Positions 1 through 26,100 of a stretch of 64,000 nucleotides of DNA are shown here, in pieces. The notes beneath the pieces are model-generated. The model did not search any database. It saw only the letters and a list, made by a program, of their open reading frames with translations, and was not told the DNA's origin. Within the stretch, counting starts at the first letter, position 1. Every line of letters starts with the position of its first letter. Origin of the DNA: Paraspadella gotoi (lineage: Eukaryota; Animalia; Chaetognatha); assembly GCA_051294375.1 (NCBI GenBank), contig CM119269.1, positions 7,359,446-7,423,445 on the forward strand, read 5' to 3'. The translations under genes and the position numbers were made by a program.

Positions 1-1027
1 TCTTTTTCTTTCCTTTCGTCTTCCTTTCTTTTTTCTCCTCCTTTTTTCCCCCTTTTCCTTACTTTTTTTCCTTTTTTCCCTTTTTCGTCTTCCTTTCTTT
101 TTCTCTATCTCCTTTTTCCTCGCTAAAGCCTAAACTTTCGTTCTCACAATCTTATCCGGAAATATTCATCCCATTTGCATCTTTCCAAGAAAAAAAAAAT
201 TTTTCTCCTTCAGTTTCTTGTTTTTTTGTTCGCTAAATTCGCGGTTTTCTCTTCCTCCTCCTCCTCCTCCTCCTCCTCCTTTGCCTGACGCCGGTTTCCA
301 AATTGCCAAAAATACCGGATGAAATATGCAGAATAGGTTTTTGGGGCTTTTTTGGCTCCTGGTTCCGCATTCCGCGTTTCTTCTCTGTTTCTTCTTTGTC
401 TTCACTCGTGGCAACTCTCCCCCCNNNNNNNNNNNNNNNNNNNNNNNNNNNNNNNNNNNNNNNNNNNNNNNNNNNNNNNNNNNNNNNNNNNNNNNNNNNN
501 NNNNNNNNNNNNNNNNNNNNNNNNNNNNNNNNNNNNNNNNNNNNNNNNNNNNNNNNNNNNNNNNNNNNNNNNNNNNNNNNNNNNNNNNNNNNNNNNNNNN
601 NNNNNNNNNNNNNNNNNNNNNNNNNNNNNNNNNNNNNNNNNNNNNNNNNNNNNNNNNNNNNNNNNNNNNNNNNNNNNNNNNNNNNNNNNTTGTCTTTCTT
701 TGCTAGCATGAGGAATATTTAGGTTACGTTATTTAAATACGATAATTGATAGAAGGATAGTTTGTTCAATAGAAAACGTTCATCTAATATACATTGTCCA
801 AGCTTTTACTAATATCTTTCCCGCCAAGAATCTCTCTTCTCGTCGTTCGTTTCAATTTCCCTTTAAACTCTTCTTCGTTTCTCATCGCGAAATCGGAAAT
901 CGATGAGCGACGAACTCGACTCTCGAGCTGATGTACNNNNNNNNNNCTGGTTCCAAGTCCAGAACCCGTTCCATGGCTTCTTTTTTTTCCTTCGTTCAAG
1001 TTTCTCTGTTCATCCGCTCGATCGTTC

Positions 1028-11938
<10,911 letters not shown>

Positions 11939-13418
11939 TATATCTATCCTGTATCTCCTCCTGTGTNNNNNNNNNNNNNNNNNNNNNNNNNAGAGAGAGA
12001 GAGTTAGGGATTTCTCGTCGATCACCTCATTCGTTAAACTATTTCTTTATAACGTGTCTTAGCTAATTTAATAAATATGGAGATTTATGAATTAATTCTC
12101 AACAGAGATTGAGTCCTTTTTTGTCGGAGACTCACTTTGACCTAAAGGAAGAAACACAAAATGGAAAACAATTTTAACAATAATCCGTCTGTGAATAAAT
12201 GCGTCTTTTTAATTTATAAACGATCATTATTTATTTTTGGGGGGGGCGTTATATTCGCCTTGTGGGATTTATAAACTAATTAATAAATCAATCACTCAAA
12301 CTTTTTTGCGACGGAAATTTCATAAATTTTTTCTTGTATTTTTTCTTGTATTTTTTCTTGTATTTTTTCTTGTATTTTATTGACCGCAATTAATTGATTA
12401 ATGTTGCGTCGTTGCTTTTTATACACGTTTATTCAACAAGAAAAATGTTTAAAAAAGCAGAAAAATAGGTCTTTGTTTTGGCTTCCGCCGATTTCGACTC
12501 CGAGATTCCTCCCATAACTTTGAGGGGCAGAGGATGCAGTAAAAACGAGGGAAGGATCTGTTTGTGCCTCACCATCCCTCACCTTGAGAGACGTTTAACG
12601 AGCGCATCAAGGAAAGGTGAGGGGTTGTGTAAATACAAGATGATGGGATGAGGGGAAAAGTTGAGAAGTTGAGAAAGCGGTTGAGAAGTTGAGATCAGGG
12701 GACGTGTAGAGAGGTGGACCGGACTCCCTCCACAAAGCCGAGGGGCCTGGGATCTCAGGAGGGAATATTAAAAGTTCATAGGACTGAAAAAATTTATATG
12801 AGAAAAATATAGGAGAAATAATAGCTTATAATTTTGTAAATTATTCTTGCATCAGTAGGAAATCTTAACATATATACATAATACATAATGCAGAAAATGT
12901 TTGACTATTTTCTATGCATCTTGGGTAGCGCGTTCGAGGCGTCGCCCGTCCGAAAGGTTCGACGACAGTTTTGGATAATTATTATTATATTTTCTTTATC
13001 AAAACTCTTTGAAATTTTATTTCACACGGGCAGACGCTTACATGATTCGATATTTTGATATTGAATGACACAAAAAGGCGGTGAATATCATGAATACAAA
13101 GTGGTAATAGGTGATTGATTACAATGACCAGACAGAGAGAGAGAGGCGAGGCATAACATTTTCTTCACATAATATGCCAATCCTGATTCTGAAACTTTAT
13201 CCAAAACCTCCACACAAACCTCATTCTTGTTAATTTAATTGTGTACGGCTTTTTTGGGGGCCCAGGGCCTGCAATAAAATGGTAGAGGGGCCCTGGGGCC
13301 CGCCGTTTCTCTACGAGCCACTGGTTGAAGTAACAGAAGTGGATTGACGTTGAAGAAAAAAAAATGTATGATTGAGAAAAGAAGGTGACTGACGCAAAGA
13401 GAGAGAGAAAGAGAGAGA

Positions 13419-13519
<101 letters not shown>

Positions 13520-14689
13520 TAGAAAGAGAAGAGAGACAGAAGGGGAAGAAGGAAACGGAGTAATTGAGTCGAAATCACAGACAAAGACGACGACGACGAC
13601 GACGAAGTAAGAAGGAGACGAAAGCGGTATTTAAAAGGAAGCACTTCCGGATTCCGGTCTCGAGTGACTTCGAAGTCTCTTTAGAAGGAAAAGGAAACGT
13701 TTTTGGACGCTGATGGTCGTTGCTTTCGTCGGTGTCTTTGCCGTCGTTGCTTCTGACGCCAGGATCATTGATGCCGTTTTCATTGCTGTCGTGGAACTAT
13801 TTCCCGAAAGCGTCCAAGTTCTTCATATTATTCTATTACTTGCAACAGTCATTTTTGAGCTTAATTTTATGCCGAATCCCTAACCTCTGCTCTGTAACCT
13901 AATCCATAACCAAATTTCTCTTCCAGATTAAAAATTTTTTTAAGAATAAAAACGATATTAACAAGCATTGGCAAAAGAGACTAGAAAACGACTAAACTGA
14001 TACAGGATTATGACGAAAACAAAAGACACTAACATAAAAAATAGAAACATTATTAATTTTTTTTAAAACTAATTCGAAAAGAAAAATGAATAATTTGATA
14101 TCATTATATATTGATTAATGTCAATACAATAAACAATATAAAAAAAATATTGGTCTTACTACCTTAGACTAGATTTCGCCGAAAAAAAATTATAAATAGG
14201 TAAATATATTTTATAAATATTAAAATTTAAGTGGATTTTTATTTAACATAGTAAGAATATGATAAACAGAGGGATGTAAATGTAATTTTCTGGAAAAGAA
14301 AATTAATAAAAACGGAGTTAAATGAAACGTAACATCGAGCGATGATTCAAACAAACGTAAATCAGCGTCTAAATAAACAAGTTTGAGCTAACAATGCCGG
14401 ATATGCCCACGATCATTTAGCGGTAAGCATCTAATCAGATGATAAGTTATGATTAATCATACAATTTTTTTTATTAAATACAATTTACTATATATAGTTG
14501 TAATAAATTTTTTTCAATCTTAATTGCCTCCGTCTCAAATGAAAAGAAGAACCAAATTTAATAGTGTAACGTAATTTTTTTTTAATTCCATCGAAATTGG
14601 ATTTCCAGCTTAATCACATACTTTTTTACCCACATCCAATCAATCATAAAGCTAAGGGGGCTCAGACAGATCTAGACGAATTGACAGAC

Positions 14690-14853
14690 AAACAGTGAGA
14701 CGGACGGAGGGACATAATTTTTTAAATAATTTATCATAATTAGCTGATTTTACATGATCTTAGTGACTTTCCGACAAGATTTTTGGGTAGGACCGACGAA
14801 CCGACAACGTAAATTAAAGAGCCGGAATCTGCTGTAAACAGAACCGGCTAAAA
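14690..14853 (+). mobile_element. Degenerate 3' part of HINE/DINE-1-like (Helentron-type non-autonomous) repeat
   Basis: gacggacggagggacata...ataatttatcataatt...gaccgacgaaccgacaac...ggaatctgctg...ctaaaaa aligns by eye with the 3' half of the element at 51351-51756. Confidence 0.55.
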
Positions 14854-14918
14854 ATGATGGTGGCGAGCAACAAAAGCAGATGTTTTCATTAATGGAAAAG
14901 GAATTAATCGTTGTCTTT

Positions 14919-14968
<50 letters not shown>

Positions 14969-15059
14969 GTCGTCGTCGTCGTCGTCTAGATGTCGTTGTT
15001 AATAAAGTGAATAAAGCGTCAGACAAACATCCTTCTTCGACGCGTTGTTGACAAACGCA

Positions 15060-15136
<77 letters not shown>

Positions 15137-15253
15137 GCTTGGCGCTGCCAGCGATGACAACAACAACAACAATCAACGATGTCGATGACGATGACAGAGA
15201 GGATTGAGGACGGAGATGAAGTGAGGGATAAATTCATCTCTCTCTCTCTCTCT

Positions 15254-15308
<55 letters not shown>

Positions 15309-16103
15309 TCAAACTTTTTACCTGTTTCCCATTCACTCATCGCTTTCCTCCTTTTCCTCCCTTTGTTTTTTTTTCAGTTTCTTCCCATTCCTCTCTCTTT
15401 CCTTCTTTTTTTCTCTTTCCTCCGTTTACTCTCTTTCCTCTCTTCCCTCTTCTTTCCTCTCTTTTTCCCTTTTTCTCTCTCCTTTCGCTCCTTTCTTTCC
15501 TCCTTTTCTTACCTTTCCTCCCTTCACTCTCTTTGCTCTCCTTTTATCTCTTTCCTCCTTTTTCTCTCTCTTCTTTCCTTTCCTCCCTTCACTCTCTTTC
15601 CTCCCTTTCTTCTCTATCTTCCTTTTCCTCTCTCTCTTTTCTTTTCTCCTTTCATTTCCTCCACTCTCTTTGCTCTCTTTCCTCCCTTTCCTCTCATTTC
15701 CCGTCATCATTGCCGTTCTCCATCTTTTTATGGTCTAACCCTTGCTCCATCATACTTCCCTATCCCCCTAAACTACATCACTCTTCTCCTTTCTCCATCA
15801 TTCCTTCTTTCCTCTATCCACTTCCTTTACTACATTATCTAACCAATTCTCCCCATCACAACCCTCTACTCTCCATCACCAATCTTTACCCCATCACTCC
15901 CCTCTCTTCTCGATAACCCTCCTTTACCCCATCACTCCCTTATCCTCCCCATCACCCTCCTTTACTACATCACATTCCACCGTGGATCTTCAAACTCATT
16001 AACTCGAGATAAACGTCTTCTTCTCCCGTCAACAGCTCAAAAGTCGGCGACTGAAAAGAAGCAAAAGATTAAAAAGAAACTCTCGGCTCCTCTAAACTCT
16101 ACT

Positions 16104-16148
<45 letters not shown>

Positions 16149-17318
16149 GCTCCTCTCTCCTTCCTCTTCTTCTCTCTCTCTCTTCCTCCTCTCTCTCCTC
16201 TCTCCTCTCAAATGACGATTTTGCCCTGAAAAAGACTAGCGTCGCTGGAGTTGAATAAGGAAAACACTTGGAGTCTCGCTAAAGCATCGAGTGAGGAATA
16301 AGAAAAGGTGAGGTTTTGTGTACTTTAATGATGTTGTCACAAGGGTTTTGTTGTGACCTTCACTCATTGGTAAGCTTTCTCATTGGTATTACCGCTTGCT
16401 ACAACCAAGGAGTATGAGTATTAGCAGTGTTTGTTAAGTTGTTTGTTAAGTTAGGTTAATAGTTTGTTTATTTGCAAAATACGGTTGATTACGAATGGAT
16501 AAAACTTGAACTCCTTCGCTCTAAGCGTCGAAAGATGGTAGGGCTCTTTTGCCTCTTGACTTGACCTCACTCACCTCAGTCCCTGACCCTAACCTCAACT
16601 CATCTCTGATCTGACCCGAACTCACTCTTACCAAATTTACTTTAAGACGTCACGTGGCCAAAGAAAAATCGAAGCTTCACTCGGCTATAACTTAATAATT
16701 TCTGGGTAGTTTACTTCTTCTAAAAACGACTGGTCTCTGTTCTCAGTAATGTCTAAAGAAAGCCTTAACTTTTCAAATCTTTGCCCAATCCCGCCTGCCT
16801 TTAAAACACACTGTCACTCCCCTGTGAGCCCGTGATTCATTCTTCACAAATCACACTATCACGTGACCCCCAAATCCTCGATAAATATTTCCATGAAAAT
16901 ATCGATGGACTCCAAATGCGTGAAGAATTTGGAAGATTTACGGAATTTAAATTTAAATTTAAAAGGGAAAGATTTTTGGACTAGAAAAAATTTAATCGTG
17001 TAGATTCGACGCTGAAAATATTATAGATTTTTAAAAATATAAAGTTTTAAAAAGAGAAAAAAAATGTTTTTAACACCGAAAAAAAGACTTGCAGTAAATT
17101 TGGTTTCTTCTTTTATTTTTTTTTCTCAAAATTTTCTCCCATTTTTTTTTTCTCGAACACAACAGCTGATCTCTTTTTCGAAAATCCCACCTTCTCTATT
17201 TTGAATCGACGGAAAGGGGGGGGAGAGGCTGAGGGAAGCAAAAGACCGGATAAATTCTTAGAAAGGAATTGAATTGAATGAAAGAAAAAGTGGGGAAAAA
17301 TTTGGAAAAAAAGAGAAA

Positions 17319-17480
17319 GAATTCTTAGAGGATCTGAATGAACTAATGGATTCTTAGAGGATATGAATGAATTTATGAATTCTTAGAGGATATGAATGAA
17401 CTAGTGGATTCTTAGAGGATATGAATGAATTTATGAATTCTTAAAGGATATGAATGAATTTGTGGATTCTTAGAGGATAT
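17319..17480 (+). repeat. Minisatellite, ~29-bp unit (attcttagaggatatgaatgaa...), about 5-6 copies
   Basis: Directly visible tandem repetition of ttcttagaggatatgaatgaa with alternating variants. Confidence 0.85.
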
Positions 17481-17481
17481 T

Positions 17482-17533
17482 ATTTAACACCAATCTCTTC
17501 GAGACGTGGGTTCGAATCCCACCGTTGCCACCA
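17482..17533 (+). pseudogene. 5'-truncated tRNA-Leu fragment ending in CCA
   Basis: ccaatctcttcgagacgtgggttcgaatcccaccgttgcca-cca resembles the variable arm, T-arm (B-box GGTTCGAATCCC) and acceptor 3' strand of eukaryotic tRNA-Leu; D-arm and 5' acceptor strand are absent. Confidence 0.7.
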
Positions 17534-18583
17534 CATTTATGTAAGTAGACAGGGATTATTTCAACATGAAACCAAAGTGGATTTTATTTCAATTTATGAA
17601 CAAGCGCAAGACGGTGTCAGGAATTTTATTGTAATAAGTTTTTGTTATAATCACGTCGTAATCGAATCATAAATGTGAAAAATAATCGTGAAGATAATCG
17701 CAATAGGATGACCCAATGATCTTTTCATATAATCGCAACACGATGGTCCCATAATCGCGCCATTCGTCCTTTATTCGCACCGCGATCGAAAAAATTGTTC
17801 CGATTCTCAGATTCTTGAGAGAAAAAAAAAATTGTTTTTTCCTTTTTCTTTTTTTTTTTTCAAACTCAAGACTCAAGATCATTTCATTTCGCTCCTTTTC
17901 ATTTCTTCTCTTTATGATTTCATTTTCCCGTCTTATCGCTACTTTCAAAGAAAAATTCGCCATCGTCGTCGTCGTCGTAATCCTCGTCATCATCATCATC
18001 ATCATCATCATCATCGTCGTCGTCCGCTTGCCCATTTCACACAGACGAAGTGACATTCAATGTGAGAAAAGAAAAAAAAAAGAGAAAAAAATCCATCAAA
18101 ACATTTTTTTCTTATTTTTACGACTTATGATTTCAGTCATCACATGTCCTCGCAATTTATATTTTTTCTTTCTCATTCGGGCATTTTCTTTTTAAGACAT
18201 CAATTTTTTTTTCTTTCTTTTACATTTTTTTTTTATCTTTTCAACATTTTTTTCTTCAGTAATTTAATTTTTCTTTTCTCTAATTTTTTTCTTTTACATT
18301 TTTTTTTCCTCCACTTTTTTTTTTCATCTTTGCCCAATTTCGTCAAAAGTTAACGACCTTAACGCGACTTTGACACGAAATTGACGAGCGACATCTTTTT
18401 TCGGTTCCGTCGTCGTCGTTATCGTCGTCGTTATCGACGTCGTCGTCGTCGTCGTGGGCGGTTTTTTAAATGCAGAAAATGGGGAAGGAAATTAGGAGAA
18501 ATTGAGTTGATCAGGTAACGAGTCGATTTCTGACTTTTTCTTCGCAGAAGGAAAGGCGAATACAATTTATTCATTACCCTTTA

Positions 18584-18641
<58 letters not shown>

Positions 18642-19239
18642 TTTCTCGCTCTCTCTCTCTCTCTCTATATTGGTTGCACCAATTTCATTTATTAATCAAA
18701 ACTTGAGAAATTTCAATAATAATACCGTACAGACATACTTATAGACTTACAGACTTATAGTTATAGACTAGTAAGAGTCGTAACTAACTCTTTTTCGTTA
18801 TTTTACCACTCAATTCATTTTATAGTCATATTTTCACGAGAGATTTTTCGATCGTTTTTAGTTTCGCTTGAAATCTAACTAATACTGTTTCGCCCGGAAG
18901 AAACTCCGACCGTATTTACGAGTTTCTGAAGGAATATATTACTGATCTGTTCGGCCGAGTGAAATCTCGAACGTTCGTCTCCGAGGAAATCAAGACAAAC
19001 AAAGTTCCACACAAGAAGTAAAAAGAAAGGAAAGAGAAATGAAAAAAAGAAAAGGAAAAGAGAAAAGGAAAGAAAAAGAGGGAAAAGGAAAGAAAGAAAG
19101 AAAAGAAGAGGGAAAGAAAAGAAGAAGGAAAGAGACGATGATCGAGTAAATGATCTGCGGTTGGAAGAAGAGAACAAAAGAGAAACATCAAGTAATGGTA
19201 AGAAAAGATTTGGATGGAGGGGAAGGAGTGGAGAGGGAC

Positions 19240-19295
<56 letters not shown>

Positions 19296-21008
19296 CAAAG
19301 AAGGGGGGCGGGCAATTTCAGTGACTTTTATGATCTCACGGATGAAGAAACGACTTTTTCGTGAAACTTTTTTTTCTGGTGAGAAAATTCTTTCTTTTTT
19401 TTCCTTTTTTTGTGCGATCAGGATTTACGGTGAAAATGCAAATCGTAACTCGAGTTTGTAACCACAAAAAAGTTTTTCCTAAATTTCTTTTTTTTTTCGT
19501 TCTCAGATATTTTCATCATCTTTATTTTGTTTTTTCTATCCTATTACATGGTACACTGCTTCCCCATTGTTTTTCTCAATCATCTATATATATAATTATC
19601 TATATCTATCTAATTATCTGTATATCTATATCTATTTCCAGGGCACACTTTTTTGCTTGATATACTTCGATATTTTTGCATTAAATATGCATTGAGTATA
19701 TTAAAGATATATAACAAAATATATTCTCGACCAGGTGCTCTTTTGGCAAAAAAGGATATTGAGATTTTTCCGTCGGAGGAAAGATTAAATTATTAATATT
19801 TTTGCAAGTGGGCGGCGACTCAGTTCTTTCTTTAACTTTTCTCTTTCTTTCACTTTTCTCTTGCTTTCTTTCTCTTTCCACTTCTCTTTTTTTCTTTCCT
19901 TTTTCTTTCCCTTTCTCTTTTACTTTTTTCTTTTTCTTTCCATTTCTCTTTCTTTCGTTGTTTCCTTTCTCTTTCCATTTTTCTTTTCTTTTTCTTTCCA
20001 TTTCTTTTTTCTTTTACTTTTTTCTTTATCTTTCCATTTCTTTCCTTTCATCATTCTCTTTCCATTTCTCATTTCTCTTCTGTTTTCTTTCTCATTCAAT
20101 TTCTCTTTACATATCTCATTTATTTTACTTTTTTCTTTATCTTCCCCTTGTAGGCTGGAACCCCGTTTTTCCCAGACACGATCATCTTTCTCTTTTTCTT
20201 TTCTTTTTTCCTCTTTCTCTCTTTTCTTTTTCTACTTCATATTCTTTTTCTTTCATTCCATTATTTCTGTTGTCTAGAATTTAGAGTATTCTTTACTGTT
20301 TTTAACTCATCCACTCGTCTTAATTTTCTTCACATATTTTTTTGTATTTTCCATTTTTCCCAACTATTTCGCCGTTTCTTATATTTTTTTCCCTTTTTTC
20401 CATCCAACCGCGAATCAGCATCGCTTTCGTTTCTCCTTCCCGCTCACTCCGACAAATTCGCGGCCATTTTTGTTTTCTGATTTGCTTAGCCGAAATTCAA
20501 TTAAAACGGAAAAATATTCAATTTGCATTTTTTATTAACCTTCAGAACAAAAAAGTGTGGAAAACTCAATTAGTTAAATCTGGGTTTAAATTTCCGCCTT
20601 TTTTTTTTCTTACCGGCGTCTGCAGTTTTTCCCCGATTTGTAAATTTTTTTATTTCCTCTCGTTAAATTGGTTACGAAGAAAGAGAGAGACGGATAGTTC
20701 GAGATTCTTCACGATTCTTCTCGCTCTGAGCTTGGATCGTCCGATTTTTTCTTTAAGAACCCTAGAAGGTAGCACAGGTTATTTCGAAGTTAGTTGCTTA
20801 GTAAGCAGTGCTTGGTTCCGCGATTGGATCAATGAACCATAGAAAAGTTGCCTCTCTTCCCGAACAGATTTTGTCAGTTAGATAACAAGTTTTTACCCTT
20901 CCCTCTTAAACCTCCCCCCCCCCAAATCAACTTCCACCCTCTCCCTCCACACCTCACCCGCCTCTCACTCACCCACCCCCGCTTCTCCCTCCCCCTTTTC
21001 GATTCCAG

Positions 21009-21644
21009 CAGCGAAATCGCGCGAGTGACGGCGACGGACGTCGACGCAGGGATGAACGCCCAAGTTGTATACAGCATCGTGGAGATCACGTCGAAGAAGC
21101 CCGGGATCGACGTGTCGGGGACATTCGGGTGGGCCTGGCTCTGATTTTGTTTGTTTTACTTTGATTTATTTGTTTTGTTTATTTATCGATTCGTGAGTTT
21201 TTGATTTAATTTTATTATTCGATTTGGTTTTTGGTTCGGGTTATTGGTTATTGGTTAATCTTTTTTATTATTTTTTTTATTAGTTATATCATTAGTTTAT
21301 TTATAAATTTACTTAAAAATTATACATATATTATAAATTTATTTATACATTTTTTATATCAATTTTTATTAGTTTGTATATTTATCTATTTATTTATCTT
21401 TTTTTTTTTTAATTATTTCTTTTTTTATTTTACGTTTATTTTTTATGTAGCAGTTGATTTATTATCTATCAATTCATCTTTTTAATGTTAACTGTTTATA
21501 TATTTGCTTACTTTGTAGCCTGGATCTCTGGATTGTTCGCCACAACTTTATATATTTTCTTTCTTTTCGTTTGGGTGGTTTTTTCTTAATGTTTACAAAC
21601 AACGAATTTTATTTTATTTTTTTTAAACGGGCCTATTTCGGCTT

Positions 21645-21733
<89 letters not shown>

Positions 21734-23131
21734 TAATAATAATAATAATAATACGATCCTTATTTGTTTACATATTTACTCCTAATTCTCATCTCCCGTC
21801 GCTAGAATCGACGACGAGACGGGCGTCATCCGATCCCTCGTTCCGCTCGACCGAGAGGAGGTCGATGAATACGAAGTCCAGCTCATGGCGACCGACAAAG
21901 GGAAGCCGCACACTAGATCCGGTGAGTAAATTAGGAAATGGTAAGTTAGTCAGCAATGTACTGGATAAATTTGGGTTGAAAAAAAGTTTATGCAATCGTC
22001 AAAATATAAACAACTACGTATTACCATTTTAGCCTATAAAAAAGATATTTCAATAACGTAAAATATCCAATTCAAGTTTCCGCTCGCCCTTCGCTTACCC
22101 GTCCAATTTTCCCTCAATTTCCATCATCGCTACTTACCCGAAATCCCACCTTTTCTTTCCAGCGTCGACGACGATCGTAGTGAGGATCCTCGACCGCAAC
22201 GACTACGCCCCAATGTTTCCCCTCCGCAACTTTGATTTCCACGTCTCCGAGGACACGCCCGCCAATTCCGTCATCGGATCCGTCAAGGCGCTCGATTTTG
22301 ACTCTGAGCCCTACGCGCAGACCAGGTTTGGGGCGTGGATGGAATGGGGTGGGATTGGTAGGGGGGTGGTTTGGCGTGGCATTATTTTCAGAAAAACTCC
22401 CCCTATTCGTTTTAATTAGTTTTTTTTTTCGGGTTAAAGATTAGGGTTGGTGGCTAGGTATTAGGGTCAGGGATTATCTTAGTCAGGGTCAGATTACGGT
22501 CAGGGATTAGATTAGTGACTATGGTTAGGGACTAGAAGTTGGGGTTAAAAATTACAGTTTAGGTTGAGGGCTTAGGATTAAGTCTCTGGATTAGGTTGAG
22601 GGTTTAAGATTAGTAATTGGGTTACGGGTTTCGTAATTAATTAGGGTTAAATATTAGGATTAAAATAAAGTTCGGAGATTAAGGATGAGAGATAGGGCGC
22701 TTTCTGGAGAAAGAAACCCGTTTGTCGATTTGGGTAAGGTTCGTTGAAAGTAGGGGGGAGGCATTTGATGTTATGATTGAAATGTTTTAGTTGAAATGTG
22801 TGAGAGCGAGTGATTTTGACCGATCGTTAAACGTCGTCATATTTCTTTTTTGCCCCGTCGCAATTAAAGGGTGGCGCGACTGGCGTCATTCGCGTTTGTT
22901 TTCGTCGGAAAATCGTTCGTTTCTTTTTTTTGGTCATTTGCATGTTTCTCCTGTTTTTGTTTTGGGTCTAGAAAATAGATAGTAGAAAGTAAAAAAATAT
23001 TTTCCGCCAAACTTGTTTTAAATTTAAGAAAGAGCCTCGTGTATAGATTTTCGGAAAAAAACACAAAAAGTATCTCCTGCTGTTTTCTTATTCCCTTTGA
23101 TGTTATTTTGTTGTTGACTCAATTTTTCTTT

Positions 23132-23170
<39 letters not shown>

Positions 23171-26100
23171 ATCGTTTGTGAACCGTCTTCCCTTAAAGCT
23201 TACTTAAAGCGTCTCTTACTCTCTCATCGCAACATTAACTAGTACATACGTTAATATACTATTTTTTTCAACTTTCTACCTATGTATTCTTCTTTCCATG
23301 GGTAGAAAATAGCAACTTTAAAAATATTTTTTTCTCTCAGGGTTTGACAGCAATTTAGGATCCGCTACGTCTGCTTTTGATGGCATCTGAGAAAAGTAAT
23401 TTACGTTTTAGAGAAGCTTACCCGTTGTCTGCCACCGAGAGCATCGTAAAAAAGCCTTCTGCCACTAGGGTGACGGCATTTTTGACGCCAATTTTCAAAT
23501 GCATTAATGGTATTTTTGAAAACCGTGCAGTCTGCCAATAATGGTAGTATTTTTGAAAAGCGCCCTGTCTTCCGACGTGCCATTGATGCCATTTTTGATG
23601 GCATTATGATCGCTGGAGATGAGAAAATCGATAAATCTTTCTCTTCCGCTTCCTGACATTGAGGTCTTTATAAATTTATTTTTTCGCAAATGATATAAAC
23701 TACAGTAGATAAAAAACTATGTTTTAAAAGCAAAGGAATTAAGTAAAAAACAACACTTTTGGATCGATGCGACTTTTACCCAAAAAAATTATATTCTTAG
23801 AAACACTACTTTTAAATATCCAAAAGAATATTTATTGGTAAAATAACTAAGATATTATTTTTTAGAAAATCGCTTCAGTCTGATATCATTGTACATGGTA
23901 AACGTGTTCCATTTTCTCTTCCGCCCCCTCCAACTTAATTTCTCTTTCCCCTAATCTTTTTTTGTGCCAAAACCATGTATATTTGAGTTTGTTTTGTTTT
24001 CCTTCGTTTTTGGTCGTCGCCTTTACCCCCTCCCCATCCCTCCCCCCGAACTCTGCTCCCTCTCCCCCATTCTCTGCTCCACTCTACATCGCTACCATAA
24101 CTCCTCTCGTTTTCTCCTTTCCTTCCCCAACATGCTCCTTCTACTGCTCCTCCTCCTCCCAAATTTGCTCCTGCAATCCTCGATTAACTCATCCTTAACA
24201 AAAATTGGCTCCTATACTTATTTTCGCTCCTACAGCTATAAACTGGAGCCGTCGACCCTTCCCTTCTTCGTGGACCACGACGGAAACGTCGGCATCAAGA
24301 AACAACTGGACAGAGAAACGAGGACAAAGTACCACCTGAGGGTCTATTCTCACGACAAAGGTGAGGCGATAATTTTATGACAAACGTGAGTCGATCTCAC
24401 AATAAGGTTTATCAAGTCTCGAAACGAAGTTGAGGCGATGACAAAATCATTAGGGGTTTTAGGACAAGGGTATAACAAAATACAATAAAAACATATTAAA
24501 TTAATCTTACGACAAAGACTAAAGATTTTTTATTCATAGGTGGAAGAAGCGAGTGGTACTTACTTGTATTGTATTGATCAATGACAAAAGTCTTTAAAGA
24601 ACAGTCCGTGAAGAACAGTCTATAAAAAAGTAAACAGAGGAAGCCTTAGTATGACTTCCAAATTACGTCATTTGCCTAATTCCTAAAATATATATATATC
24701 ATTAAATACATTTAAAATCGTGCAAATTAACGAACTGAATCGAGCTCTCTTTGTTCAGAACGACCGAGTCTGAAGGACAAAGCAACGATCTCGATTGAAG
24801 TCTCGGACATCAACGACAACGCGCCAACCTTCCTTGAGGGAACGCACTACAAGGTGAGGCTAAGGAAATCCGAGAAAGAAATATACAAGGCGAGGAAATG
24901 TACATTTTTTGACATGATGCAAAGTTTGAAAATGCAGTCAAGCAACTTGAGGAAGACAATGTTAAAAAAAAAATACTAGAAACGCATATCGATAATCAAT
25001 CTAACTTTATTTTCGATTGAAAAAGAGATGAGAGACCAAAAAACCCCAAGATTAGAGGCCAGAAAAGTCAAAGTTTTAGGGGCCAAACCCGCGAAAGATT
25101 AAAGGCCAAAAAACTAATAAGCGAAACAAAAGACTTTGAACTCAACTTCGCAAAGTTTGGTCCTGAAAATGTCGAAGCCAAAATGAAAGGCGCTGGCACA
25201 CGCGGTTCAACTCGTCGGGAAAACATCATTTTTTTATTTTAAAAGATTAAATTAGATTTAAATTTTTTTTTTATGATTAAATCAAATCAACAATTGGGTT
25301 AACATCAAATTATCAAAGTAACGAGGTAAAAAAAGAAAAAAAATTAAATAGCTTTTTTTAAATGATTAAAATTGCAATGAAAAAAAATTAAATAGCTTTT
25401 TTTTAAATGATTAAAATTGCAATTTACCCAGAGTGAAAACGGACGGACGAAGTCTGAGAAAAAATCGTAAAAAAAATCAGGAAAATTGGAAAAACATTTT
25501 TTTTTAAATCTCGAAAAATCGGAGAAAAAAAATCTAGTAAATCGTTGAAAATCACTGGCGCGTTTCCATCACTCACTCACCCAGTGATTCTCACCCCGTT
25601 CCCATTTTCATCACCCGATTTCCTCACCCGATCGTTCTCCCCAAAATTAAATGTTATTTACCCTGCCCAGGACTATAAAAATAGTCCGAGGTTTAATTTC
25701 GGTTTTATTTGTTCTTTTTTCAGTTTTGAATATACATTTTTCACGTCATTCCATTCTCGAAAGGTTTCAGTTTAATTCCACCCGCGGATCACCCACTTTC
25801 GCCTCGTTTTCGCTACCCACTTTCCTGACCCCCTTTGCAGCCACCCACTTTTCATCCTCTCAGTTTCCAACGCCCTATTTTTTTTTCATCACACAGATTT
25901 CACCACCTCAATTTCAACGAGACACTTTACACCAATTTTCATTCCCAATTTTAGTCACCCATTTTCCACTCCTCATATCATTAATCCTTTTACCACACAC
26001 CATCTCTGTCACCAAGTTTCCACAACTTCTCCTTTTTCCGCCCATAATTTTCATCATCAAAGTTCCACCTTCGTTTCCATATCCAATTTTCCACATTTCA

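Noticed and set aside
12469-12616. AG...GT-bounded open segment VFVLASADFDSEIPP...SRK as an upstream cadherin exon
   Set aside because: No cadherin motif, and its phase-1 end does not fit the phase-2 start at 21009.
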